Positions 43,577-57,000 of a DNA stretch of 64,000 nucleotides are shown here, piece after piece. Position numbers and translations under genes: made by a program. Under the pieces are notes generated by a model. The model was not told the origin of the DNA, did no database searches, and was given only the letters and a program-made list of their open reading frames with translations. The number at the start of each line of letters is the position of its first letter. The first letter of the stretch is position 1. This DNA is from Raillietiella orientalis (Eukaryota). The stretch is from NCBI GenBank assembly GCA_036172245.1, contig JAYWIR010000034.1:2108001-2172000 (forward strand), written 5' to 3'.

Positions 43577-46201
43577 TTAGCCATCTATTCAGGGAGAATA
43601 TCAATAGGATATGCTAATGATATGAAGTCGTGTCAAGATTTGAGTTGATAGATTGTCTGGGAGATACTCCTTATTTGAAAACAGCCTCCAAACAAAATCA
43701 AATTTTGCCGTCACTTCGAACTATGCAACTGAGTAGATCGAATCAAAAGAATACAGATGCGGTGATATAAATTCATGTTTTCCATCTACCAGTGAATACG
43801 TCAGTGATGCTATGTAAATAGTGTGGCGTACACACAAAGGAATAAGCAACTACTCAGTGTGCACATGCATATACTATATTTCAAAATTACGAGTTAAAAT
43901 GATGCATACCTATGCATATCATGAGCATTGTGAAGTGTATGGTGACAGTCAATCTTCAAAACCATACAGGAATGACGGCATACATAGAATGTACTTATAG
44001 ACATAGATCTGCACACTATCATAGATCTGTGACAAAGCTTCCCTGATTAAAAAGACTAATTATGAATCAGAGCCTCCTCGACTTCATAGTGTCAAGTTTA
44101 CATCAAATGAAATTATAATCCCCTTTATTTTCTAACGCCTTTATAGTATGAAAAAATTACACTACAAATGCATACTTGCAAAGAGAACCAAGAAAATGCA
44201 GTTGCAAAAGAAGACCAACTTACTTTGTTCCATTTAAAATATCTAAATCTGTGTATTCAAGGATTTATGAGATTGCATTCCACATTTCTCAATCTCTTCA
44301 TTAAGTAGGTTTACCCAATCCGTCTGCAAGAATTGATAGGAGAATAACAAATATTTAAATGACAAATGAAATTCATGTCGAGTTCTGGCATTCCTGTGGA
44401 ATTGTTGCTGCGTCCTTAAGTGATTCTTTCCACAAAAGAAGAATGGAAATGGAAGAAATTTTAGACGTCAATTTGAACTTTTGTTTTAGACGGATGTTTT
44501 ACCAACCATACTGGAAATTATAAAGTGATCTCAGCAAGGAACACCGTTCGTTCAAAGGACAACACATGTGTCCTGGGCGACGGGATTTTTCATTCCTCTG
44601 CAACGATCGCTCAGCATCCTTGTGGTAATTGAAAAGAGATCGTTCCTTAAGTTTTCAGTCGCTCATCTTTTTTTTCTCTAGGAAAGTTCTCATTGAAAAC
44701 GCCCTCCGAGCCCATTGTATTTTCACACAAGAAAACAGAGCGTGAAGGTTCGAGTGGCGTTCAATCTATGCAGTGTAGATTTCAAAACACGTTTCAAAGT
44801 ATTTCGGCAATCAAAGGAGAATCAAAAGAATGGAACAAATTTTTAAAATATCTTTCGAGGGAGCACCACACGTATTTTTCGTTAACAAAAACTTCATCGT
44901 CCTTCTTCACCCTGCGATTCCTGGGTAAAGAAGAAAATTCTTCAGCACGAGTTTCGAAACTGCCGCTAATGAGAATTCATTATTTATTTAGTTCATATCA
45001 CAGAGCCCTTTGAGTGGAAGACAAAGGTAGCATCAAAGAGAAGAAAATAGAAAAGTGATACAAATGTTTTCTTTTTCCCTCACTGCGTCCATGTGTTTGA
45101 ATACGGACGAAATGTCAGAGGTGTCCTTTGTCTGATTGCCCATGTCTAGAGGCTGCAACACCACGTACACCACACATTTCTCCATATTGTATTTCTTCTG
45201 TTTGATGCAGAAAAGACATCTTGTGTCAGCAATGAAAAATCAAACACCCATCTACGATACATGGGCCCTGTTCGTGGTAGAGTCCCCGAAACAGTGAGGA
45301 TTCTCAGGTTTTTAAGGGGTGCCAATTCAGGAATTTGCAAAGCAGTTAGACAAAACGAACAGAAACGAGGATAAAATCCACCCGTGTTTCCACGGCAGTC
45401 GTGATTCCACTTAACTATAAGTTAACGGAAGCATGACTTTCAAGAAATCAAGGAAAAAACAGAGACATGTTTGCTCATCAACCTAAACATGTGGCTGTAG
45501 ACGTTGAATTTTCTGGTGGTCAGGGACAGCCAACCACAATTACGTTTATCTGCAGATCGGTTTCACTTACATGCTGACTTTGGAGGGTATCTTTGGCATC
45601 AGAAATGCTTGTTGTAGTTCCATAAAATCGCTTCATTGTCTCTGGTAAAAATCCATTCTCAGTGTTATAGAAGGAAAATAGATTTTTTTTTTTTATATTA
45701 CCAGTTTGTGGTTGTAGGAATGACGATGGATCGAAATTCCTCCAGCATCAATCGATCCATCTGTGAAAATGAACATTCACTTGCAGGGTCCCCCCCTCCC
45801 TATCGAGCATCATTCGATCAGTGAAATCCATAAGGGCAACTGAATGATTCTTAGACTCGAGGCGTCATCGCCCGTTATCAGTCATAACCGTCTCTTGCAT
45901 TACTAACGAAAACCGAAATTTGAACCGGCAAACGAGATTTCCATTTAAGCCTTCAAGATTACTAAATGGAAGGTTTAAACCTTCATGCCCGCACTTTGAA
46001 GATGAAGCCATTTTTTTCCCTTTGCTTTAGAGATGAATCACTTGGGGACGACCCTTTCTTCAAAAGACGGTGCTGAATTTTATTTTAATTTGCGGTATCT
46101 AGGTTTACTGAAATTTAAGCACTCAAGGCGTGAACGATGAGTGTTAGGAAACAGACACGGAAGACAAACTCCAAACATACGAGAGGAATGCCGCCAACGC
46201 G

Positions 46202-46885
46202 AGCCACGTGGTCCGCGCTGGAGGCCGCGTCGCTGCGCTCTCCGCGCGTCGTAAGAAGCGTCACGGGTTCGAATCCCGCCCGGGGAAGGAACAACGCCAA
46301 GAATGGAAGGGCAAGTCGTGGGTTTCGATTTCCCACCCTCCACCCACTTCCTCGCAGGATGACGCCGGTTGGCCTGAAGGCTTCGGATGCAGCACTGGTG
46401 GAAGCAGCCGGAAACCGAACATCTCCGTTGACTGGCTGGTACTGGAATTTGGCACTCCAGGGTCCTTTCAGGAATCAAGGAGCCCTTCAAGGTTTTCCTC
46501 CAGTTGTGCAAATAGAGCCTCTCCCCCTCCCACCTTCCTCGGCGGGAGACCCTCGATCTCGTACCATGGAGCTGGTGGATCGATGGCGCCTCTCCAGAGC
46601 GTGAAGAAGCGCGCTGCTCCCTTCAGAGAAAATGAGGAAGCGTCCCTTCGGGGTCCCTGGAAGAGGAGGAAACCAGGAGCGTCCCCTTTCTGGGGGTCCC
46701 TCTGGAGACAACTAAGGAGAGGGTCTCCCTACCAAACCCAAGGGGAGAGGATTCCTTCCTCCGGAGCCTTCCTGGATACATAGGATGGTTCCTACGGGGT
46801 TACCCCCTATAACTTGAAGAGTCAATACAAGCACCCTCGGCTGGTGTGGAACAGTGTTAAAGGGCTCCGTGAGCCCCTAGGCTAA
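46202..46885 (+). mobile_element. Copy 2 of the tRNA-headed interspersed repeat (SINE-like)
   Basis: Perfect B-box GGTTCGAATCC (46266-46276) in a T-arm-like stem, and a second B-box-like hairpin gtgggtttcgatttcccac near 46318. Shared blocks with copy 1 include gatgacgcYggWtggcct, gggtcct..cagg.atcaaggag, tccagag..tg.agaagcg, ccttcctggat.catagg and cttgaaga. Confidence 0.65.
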
Positions 46886-49800
46886 TGGTCCTTGACTACT
46901 TAGCGAGCACAGGAGAGAAACGTGAATGGGTTCACGATGGTTGCTTAGACAATTCAAACAGGAGCAAAGATTTCCGGTCCACGGTCAGGCAGCGGCTGCC
47001 TTCCCGGTTGCCACTACCGTTGTGAGGAACGCCTCAAAACGAATCTTTGCGACATGCACGTGTCTTCCGCGTTCAGTTCAGGGCTACTTTGAAGCATCCT
47101 GAAGGTCAATCCAATTCTCGTGGAGCGGAACTTGTTCCTGAAACCTCAAACGGATCAAAGGTGAATACTTCCACGATCGCCTTAGGGGCTCTTCACGACG
47201 ATTCAAGCAAGTCACCTCATGATTGCTTTTGTTAATTTGGACGTAGAGCCCTCTTCAGCGAAAATTCCACCTTTCTTCGGTCTCACAAGCGGTGGGGCGA
47301 GTTCATCCGTTCTTGCGACTAAGCGCCTTCTCCCTACAGCTCTATGGCTGCCATGCTTCCGGTTTTCCACCGGACAGAGATGTTGCGCCGGTATTCTATC
47401 TGCACGGTGGTAACTTTCGCATCTTCTCCGCCTGTTGCTTCTATTACGACTGAACAAACAAAATTCAACAACCGAAGTCAACTGTTCAATTTTGGCCATC
47501 AGTCTTTTTGTCTATCGGAACGACACCGTAGGATTATTGGGAGGCCACAGAGGGCGGACCAGGGTTACCTGAAATCAGTGCGTCGACGTTGGGGATACCT
47601 GAATATGAACTCTTGCGCGGATGTCCTTTGGCGTTTCTTGACCTCAACATTTACCAAATGGACGGCAAGGAAAAAATGGCGTCGTCGACAGCAACAGTTG
47701 CTTTCGTAACTTTGGAGGCAGAATTCTTCTTCGAGAAGTTTCGCAATCGAACACACGAAAAACACGGGAAAAAAGCGAGAAATCCATTTTAAAGAGATAG
47801 AGATCTACCGCTCTAGAAATCGAGTCCCTATTCCTGAACTGTGATCAGGGGAGGCAATTCCTGATTTCTTCCTTCAGCTGCCTAATGGAATCGACAAGAG
47901 TCAAAGAGTTGACCTACTTGTTTCCATCATTCCGGAAACTGGTGAACTTTCAGACAATCTCCAATCCTTAAGCAGGATAAATTATGATTTCCCAAACCAG
48001 TTTTTCTCTATTTTGCAACTGCTCCTACATTTCATCTCCCCCCTTTAGTTCCGAAATGCTAATAAGCAGAAATATCGGGGACTTTCCTTGTCACAGAATC
48101 CACGTTTGCATCTTTATGAACTTCCTCCCGAATTGTTCTCTGGCACCCTTGCATGAAGATCGTTTCGATGGATAGAAGAGGCCTTGCAACGACGAAAACA
48201 AAGGAAAAACACAGCACGCATCCGCTCCAGACTTTCGTCTTCCAAAGGCCAGATGATTTTAACACGCGGCTCGATTTGCCATGCTGTTTGATGTTCCACA
48301 GGCGGAGACACAGATCGAAATGTCCATGCCGTGCAGGAATGTTCATTTCTGGGACCCAAATAGGTTTCAGGCTGAAACCCACAATGATCTCAGTGTGCAA
48401 TCTGAATCGAGAGGCAACAGCTTTTGGTCCAAGGTGCAGTCTCCGTTCTCCAAGCTGCCTGCGCTGAAATACTGAATATACCGCCGAAAAGCATGTGCAT
48501 CTTCACAGGCAGGATCCCTCTGATTCTATTGTAAACATTGGGCTGTTGGTCGGATAAGACCCCCCTCCCCCCGCAAAGAAAATGAAAGACTACTGTCACA
48601 GAGGAAAAAGCACCAAGGTCCGCGAAAATAAACTGTAAAAGAAGAGCAAGACCTTCTGTTTACCAATGCCTTCAAGGAGATGCTACTTTATCCGGACGAC
48701 GCTATCACTCATTCCAATTCTTAAAAATGCTTCAAGAACGTGCTTTATGCATAAACACGTGTTTTATTTTTATTTTCAAAAGAAGTGGGGTCATCAGCTA
48801 AACTTTATTTTTAAGAATGCAAATTTCAGTCGACTGCCCAAACGGCCAGAGAAAAAGACATTCGAAAATCATTCCCGTTTCCACTGGCTGAGGAGGAGTT
48901 CAATGACCAGAAGTGCGCTCATTGCAGACGATGAGGAGAGCAAGGGGGCACTGAAACGAACTCATCTGTTGGCAGCCAGCTGAACGTGTACCTTTCTTTC
49001 GATTCCCAAGATTGGATAATTCCAACAAGCACTTCATACCAGCGAAACTGAAGAGGGAAAATTTTTTATGCTGTCGGTTCATCACAGAGACCCCGAATTC
49101 AGAAGCTTTTCAACAGATCCAAAGATGAATTGATTCAATAGATTCGAAGGAGATTTCCGTGACCAGAGAAGAAGGTAGGAATGGGAACCTGAGCGAACGC
49201 GAGCAACGGAGTGAATGATGGCGCAGTCGAGTGATGCTTTTCCGAACCCTGAGGAATCTGTGGGAAGAAGAACGCTGCTCTGCCACTGCAAAATGAAAAT
49301 CCTCCCGTCATTCGGATTTTTCATCGCTTTCATCTGAAAAGATCATGTACAGAAGACACATCGCAGGTAAGGCCGTTGGATCTCCCTCAGGAGACTTCTT
49401 TTTTCTTCCATCGAGGGAGTGGGATGACGGTGCATTTGAAGCTCACTTCTGACGAAGAACAGGTGAAAAGAAATCAAAATGACAGGCGATGTTCTCATGG
49501 GAAACCAGAAGAACAAACAAAGTCCGCCGAATGAGTCTCGTGTTTCTTCCTGAACCGCACTGCACTGAGCCTCCAAGAGCTTAACGTTTCCCAAACAAGA
49601 GTCCCTCCGATGAGCGTTCATGACCATGCGCAGCAGACCGAGGTCGTCCCGTGAGCATCTCCGGTGTGTCTTCCTACATGGTTTCCTCAGAGCCTTCCAT
49701 CTTGGCACGCCCCCGACGTGTGCTTCATAAAGTCTCAACCGACAGCAGATGAGAAAATCTGCACCTGGAATCCAACGGAAGCTGTACGAATGGAGCACTT

Positions 49801-50249
49801 TCGATGATCACATGCCTAGAAGATCTAATGACTGATTGCAACAACTGAATTCCTTTTATTTTCTCTCTCTCTCTCTTGTTTTTCTTTACTCATGATCAGT
49901 ACTCAGGCACGAGATGTCCTCCGCTTTCCCCCCTGTCATCTTCCTACCAAACATCAGACAGTGCTTCAGGATGTTTCTTCACCTCTTCAGTCATCTGTTA
50001 GGTAATGCAAACTGCAGCCTTCAAGTCTTGATGGCAGAACCATTATCTTCATGCCACAGTTCCGCCAATCGCCTATCCACATCCGACTCTCCTCTGACTT
50101 ATTTTTCACGCTAAGGCGCCTTCCTGGAAGCAAACTTTCGGGAAATCCTTTGTACGGTGGGTAATAAATGCTTTGCCCTTTCACTTTTCCCTTTCATGGT
50201 TCCTGGCTTTTTCGAATTCCGGGGGGTTTCAGACTGCCAGTGACTTTCC

Positions 50250-50700
50250 TGGTGTTCATTTCCTGGGATGCCTGCAGCGGGTCCAGAAGCTGCTTGCACC
50301 AACCGCCCCGAGCACCCAGCGGCAAGAGCAACAAGTCGAATGCCAACCCTCCGAGTCAGACGCGGCTGGCTATTCGTGCACGCCGGAATCCCGTTGCCAC
50401 GAGCAGCTCCAGCGGGCCGGATGAGCTGCCAACGGACCGTAAATTCCGGATGCGCCAAGGGTCCTCCTGGGTGACGGGGGGGGGGGGGGGATGCCGGAGA
50501 CAATACGCAGGACGAGATAGGGGCGGCGGCGCAGGGACGGAAGGACAAAAAAGCCACTCGGACGACTCAGGTGGAAGAGCCTGTCGCGTGTCTTTCCACG
50601 GTTTAACCGAGGATTTCCCCCTTACCCTCCCCATCCCGCCGACCAGCGAATCGCCGTCGAAACACGGAAAAGCCGCCCGAGCTCTAGGAGAATTCCCTCC
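50250..50700. promoter_or_regulatory. GC/CpG-rich island with a long G homopolymer (candidate promoter, G-quadruplex-forming)
   Basis: G-run at about 50476-50490 plus further GGG tracts, with high CpG density. Confidence 0.3.
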
Positions 50701-51099
50701 AATAGAGCAAAAAAAAAAAAAGTAAAGAAAGAAAGAAAAAACAACAACAAAAATACTCAGGACACAGGTAGTGTGTGTTGGGCAAATAAATTTCCAGGCC
50801 CGCATGAGTTCCGAGCAGCCAATGGCTCACGAGTGGCGGTTTCTCTCCTTCAGCACTGCATTAACGAAGAGTTTTCCTTTTCCCCTTTCTCCATAGTGGA
50901 GGTAGGCACAGACAAGAAAGAGGGATTTCGGGAGCAGAGAGGAACCATTTCCATCGGAGCTTTATTCCGCAACGCCCACAAAACTCTTCTGTCTGAATAT
51001 TCTGTAAGTTGCCTTCCTTCCCTCTTCCTTTCTTTTTTTGCATCCGTTCATTACGCGGATTGCATTATAGGAAGAGCGTTATCAATCGAGGAAGAAGAT

Positions 51100-54000
51100 C
51101 TTGGATGAGCAGGAAGAAATGGATTCCGGATAAACTCGTACATCTGATTTGTCATCCCGCATTCTTCGTCGCATGCGTTTCCACCTGGAATCCCCAAATT
51201 TTGAATTCCTGAGGAAGGGTCATTTGCAGAGTGCCAGCGAAGAAGCACAGAAGATGCGAGGCAAGCAAAAAGAACAAAGAAAGGATTTGGGAAGGGTTCG
51301 GAGAGGATTCAAGGTCTTCGTGACAGAAGACGACTCCAAGCATCAGCATCTCGTACGCAGCATCCGAGAAAGCTGAGATTTCCTGTCTATGTGGTTGAAG
51401 GGTGCTTCGGTCAAGTGGTCCGGAGTCCGCACTGCTGTCGCCCTCAACCTGAACGGCAAGTTCTTCCTTCCCTCGGGATGCAAGCACTTCCCGGAATCCG
51501 GGAGCGGCTCTTTCTCCCTCTCCGAGTATCTTGCAAACAAGGAGCCACTTTTGAAGATTCTATTCTGAGCAGATTCCTCCTACGAGAGATTGCAAGAAAA
51601 CTTGGGAGAGAATGAACTCAGATGATCTTCATTGCACTGCATCTTCTTACCTCTCCGTAGCACATGGTTATAAAAAAGGCACATTTATCCTCGATTCTGC
51701 AGCTTCTATGTTCACTCTGCAGCCAGATGAGATGGCGGTCGCTGTTTGTGCAACTTCTGTAGTGTAAAAGTCGTTTCCTTCGTGCCAGTGGCTGTGCAGT
51801 TCTTTCTGGAGCCTTCAAACATCCACCCAGCTTAAAGATTTTTCGGAATGTTTTGCATGCAGATGGCTTCTGTGTTGGTGTTTCGCGATGCTGCTCTGTT
51901 TCATAAATGTCTGCATTTTCATGCCCCGTTTCATGACTTGATGCTTTTTTTTTTTCTTCCAAACCCATTGGGCGATCGAAGTTCCTTCGTTGATCTTCTC
52001 ACCCAAGCATCAGACCTGCGTTATTGCGCGGATGGCTCTCTGGAACGACCTCCGATGTTCCAATAGATTATACGTATCTTTTCGCCTCTCGAACCCATCC
52101 CCGATCTGCTTCGCAGCATCTTGCAAGTCTTGCATCTTTCTCGATGCTCTGGATGCCATTTTCACTTCTTCGCACTACAGTTCCTCTTCAATGCCTTCCC
52201 CATGAGTTTTCAAAGCTCGATCCCACGCAATCCTCGACGCCGTTCTCGGCGAGAGCAGCAGCTCTCCATTGTGCGGGCCGTTCTTCGCCTCGGCTCGGGA
52301 GCTCCTGAGCCTTGCCCTGCTGTTCTTCCGTTCGAAAGATCAAGGCCTGGCTCTCGATGCGCACGAAGAACACGGATGGAAAGTGATTCATTCTACGCGG
52401 TGGGCCATTCGAATTGCAGCGGAGAACGATGACGGAAATAAAGAAGTCACTTTCAACTTTTCTGATTTGATGGTGCCCGCGAAGCAGCGTCGAGACGGAT
52501 GATTCGCATAGAAGCATCTTCGATTGCCCGTGAACCGCTGTTGGGCTCCCTGCTTCCTCATTCTGAATTTGCAAAGAGGTCTTGCTAACTGCCTCATTTA
52601 AAATTTATCCGTCTACACTTCTGACCCCGAAACGGTCGATCTTCTCCTATGGACCAATGACAACTTATTAAACACTAGGTCCTGTCCCTGCAAAAGAATC
52701 TCGGCTGCATCTTCGAGCTTTCAGCAGGAAAGCTCCGGAGCCATTATCCACATCAGCCTGTTGCTGCCTGAATCCCAAAATAGGATACCAGAGCCCTCGT
52801 GTGCATTCGTGATGCCCGGAGAGCATGAATACTGAATACAGACTCTGATGACTATTTCATGCGTGTTAGCCCGAATGTAAATAGAAACAAACTCTTTGTA
52901 AAAAATAAGACTGTTTGGTACTACTCAGCTACCTACGACGTGAGTCTGCCTTTGAGAGAAAGCGAAATCAAAATTCTCTTTGCGATTCATGACCGTACCA
53001 TCGAAAAAGACAAGGGGGCTGCGGGAATTTCGTTGCTAGAGGGAGACCTGGAAGAGAAACGACTCTCCAGTTACGTGTTCCTCTTTGCCCTGGATGCCAA
53101 CCGCTCATTTTCCCTTTCTTTGGATCAGTAAATAATTCCGGTACATTCTGTGCATGCATTCTTGTTCTTCCCGTTTCCCACGATTTATTGCTGGGTGGTG
53201 ATTTGAAGACCTTTAAAGCCTTCCCAACATCTCAAGCACCGCTTTTTTGTTCTTTGCATCCACCTTACTCCATGCCCAGGGCTTTTGCAAGCATTCAGAC
53301 TGCAAAAGCTCTGTGGCACGCGCCGTGCGCGGGAGCTCGTTGTCCCTGAAGACGAACGTGCACGGGAAGGCCACCATCTCATCCTTACTGGGCAGCGAAC
53401 TCCTCCCCGATCTCGTTGAGGGAAACACGCTTAGTAGTAGGCAAAGGCTCCGCAGTCAATTGATTCAAAAATTCCAATGAGTACTTTCGATGACCACATT
53501 TCAATATGATGCAGACATGGAAAATCAATAAACTGTTCCCTCCCTCTGCCTTCGTGTACGTATCTGAAAATTCGGATACGCACCGCAGTCTTAAGACCTT
53601 AGACAGATTCTTGTCTTTGCCTTTTGCGAACACCATCTCGCCGTTCCATTCACATGCTTCGACGTAATGGCTAGTGAGGTTTCGTCCTTTTTGTGGTCGC
53701 ATCTGCTTTTTGGTACGGATGCGTGCACATCAATTCACAAATGCAGCTTTCTTCCATTTGCATTAATTAAGCAAGCGACCAAGGAATGAGTACTAAATTC
53801 CAGTTAAAGCACTGGTGCAAACATTATTGAAATGTGATACGTATGTAAAACGAATGACTTCCTGGTAAGACAAGCAGCAGCATCCATCTGTCACCTAATG
53901 ACTAACCGTTCGCTCCCTCGCTCCACTGAAAGAAACGCTGAAACTCTTACGAGACGCGAAACGCCATGTCGACTGCGTGGTGTTCCACCACGTCTGCTCT

Positions 54001-57000
54001 GTCGCTCAAAACACTAAACTTGTTGCATCATGGGAATGAGAAGGTTGCGAATGACGTGGTTTTTGAGAATCGCAGCGCTGACGCGAGAGCAGTTGTTGTT
54101 AACTATGCGTTCTCGGAAAACAACAACAACAAAAAGGTTAGTTTCGTGTTGTGCTCCGTATTCGGTTATTGCATAATTGAAAACACGTTTAGTCATTTCA
54201 GTGGTTTGACTTCAGGTCTTTCAGATCACGACCTGGAAACAAGACTTTACTACTACTGGACTTAATCATCGAGGCATTGTGAGGGCCCATGGAAGTAGAA
54301 GAAAAAGCTCCATCCTTTTCAGACCACAGGAAGATGAACGTGTTACGTGCTCTTTGCTTTCTTACTCTAGTAACTGCTGCTAGCTAGTCTTAAATTCTGG
54401 AGAGACTGAGAGAGAGTTGTGGAATTTTTGGGTCGAAAAGAAAGCGAAAACCAGGAAAAAAAAAAAAAAAAGAAGAAATTCCATGGTTTTCGGGAACCCT
54501 GCATAAGGATCCGAGGATTAAATTGAGCCATAGGGTACCTTCTTAGAGCATGTAGCATCAAAACTCTTCTCACTAACATGAGGTGACACGCTGCGAATGT
54601 TACTGCAAACTATGATGAGGGCGGACATTCACAGTCTCATTTGCCATCCCTTGTTTCTCAATTGGTGCTGATCACTCTTACGGTGTTGGACACTGAGAAT
54701 TAGCAAGTGATAAGCACAGACTCAAAGTGCATACAACGTTTTTGCGCTTCCAACCGTTTTCCAGCTATGGTCAAGCACCAATTGCTCATCCGAAATTTTG
54801 CCAAACAACAATTCATGATCGAGAAATTCCTGATCCTCTTGTGTGGATGCTGGCACTTACATAAGTAGCATAAGATCGTTAGGAGATATCAGGAAATCAG
54901 ACTCCTCAAACTTCATGGCCACGAAACTCAAGGAAAACTTTCCTGCCCACTCTGAGTGGAATCTGCATCCAATGGGAACTGTTTGTCACGCTGTTGGAAT
55001 GTTCTTCTTCTCATTCCAGGATTCAGTAAAAAAAAAGGGATCCATACGATTCAAACCCGAATTCTCGCTTCATTCAGTTGAGGACTCAAGAAATGCGTCT
55101 CACTGCAATGTGGATCTTCTTTCAACGCTAAACTGTAAAGAAAGATGAACGAATCACCGTGCGGAGCCAAAATCAACGGCTAGATCTCAAGGAGAATTTT
55201 GCAGGATCAGGAAGCTTATAAGATAGGTTTGTGAGTTAATAAGATTCTCATAAGATTTCATATTCTTTCAGCGGATGGTAGGCTCAAGAAAGAATCCGCG
55301 GAACCATGGAAGAAGTGCAACTTTCATTGTCATGCTTCAGTAGTGCGCTACTGAGGTGCATTTCCATGCCGTTTATTTCCTTGGCAACCAAGGTTGACCA
55401 TCCACAGATCGAGAGATCAATTGGTGCTTCTTGCAAGAGCAGACCAGTCAAGTCAGCGAGCATTCCATCAACTAACTGCTTTTCGAATATGAAGTTCGTG
55501 ATGTCATTGCGGTTTTCAGAATCGAAAACATCTGAGAGGAATTTCTGAAGGCGTGATCTGTAGGAAAAAAAACAAAGAATGTACACGAAACTTCTAGCTA
55601 TCCACCAGGTCACTGTCAGCTGATTGGCTGTTCGGCTCGAGCTATTAGAGACTTCTGAGCAAATTCTGAGGCAATTCATCATAGCTGACTTTTGGATGCC
55701 TTTTTTTTTTTTTTAAAGAGAAGCAAATATCAAGAACGCGAAGTACCTCTTCTCCCTATGAGGTGATTTGTTCTGAGCACAATGGAACGGGAGCATGACT
55801 TTGCAACAAGTCTCCTGTGAGACCGGACTCGCCGAGGACGGAGCAAAAATCTGACTGTGACAGCAGCTGATGCCATATTTACGGAGAGACCACACTTCCG
55901 CGGTAAACTTGGCTTGAGATGTCCTTTCTCTCCTTAGCTTGGAGATTTTGCTTAGAGTAGCTAACTAAATGGTGATCGAGCGAGGGATCCAAAGTTTTGC
56001 TGTCCGTGGTTAGCCGAGGGGAGGTGTAATTAACCAGAGGTCTCAAGGATCCTGATCTCAGAATGAGGCAAAACGCTCTCTTTGAGGTGGAATCTTTCGC
56101 GACCAAAGAGTTTCTTCCTGCAGATGATGTTCTTGGAAAGCCTCCAGGCAGAGTGGCTTCTGTTTTTGAGGAAAAAAATAATACAGCGGAAAATGCTTGC
56201 TTGAAATCAAAGACCACTGTTTTTAGATCACAAATTATAAGCAGAGTCCTCACGGGAGGTGGTAGAAAAAAGAAAACAGAAAGCCCTCAATCACCAACGG
56301 AAAACACTTCAAGCTGCTAAATGAGCACGGAACGAAGAACGAGAAGCAATCATTATGAAAGCTTGCATCTGTCCTTCCCTCTGTGCTATATGAAAGATCC
56401 AGGTGAGATAGAAGCCTGCAGCAGCACTGAAGGTCAACCGAGTGCTCGGTCACTCCTTCATTGTGAAGCTTACTTCCGAAGATAGGACAGTTTTCCAAGT
56501 GCTTGGTTCGCGAGTGGCTTGCAAGGTGTTTCCCACTCTGGAAAGGTCAGAGTTCCAAAAAGATTTATAACAAGCGCCTATCTCTGTTCTAATTAGTCTT
56601 CAAACGTTTCCACCACGTGCTCCATGCCGGAAAGTTGCTCGCAGTCAGAGCACCGCGCTCAGCGATGCAATGAGTCCATGCCTTGCTTTATGTATTCCTT
56701 CATCTGCAGATGAAATCCATGCCGATTCCCAAGTTTTGCACCGGAATCGTCAGTGCGTTGCCGGAAACAATTCTGGGAATGCTCCGTGAGCTGATTCTTC
56801 CAAGATGCATTCTAAGAATGCTCTCCGACTACCTTCTGGTTGTTGGCCGGAAAGCGAAAGGTAGTCGAGGACCAAACCAGTTCGGGTAGCTTCCGGCCTT
56901 AGTTTCGCTAGCACGATTTGCATCTTGGTGTTTTTTCTTTAAAAGGCTTTTTCTAAATTGGGGTTCACGCAGAGATGAGACGAGACGAGATGCGCTTGGT

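Noticed and set aside
46202..46290. Functional tRNA gene
   Set aside because: A B-box/T-arm is present, but no proper acceptor, D or anticodon stems could be folded.
40694..46885. The two repeats as LTRs of one ~6-kb retrotransposon
   Set aside because: The copies are too diverged, lack TG...CA ends, and the interval has no gag/pol remnants. The tRNA-like heads favour independent insertions.
52845..52890. Hammerhead-like CTGATGA-ctattt...aaatag-AAAC
   Set aside because: The G needed for GAAA is consumed by stem II, and flanking stems are absent.
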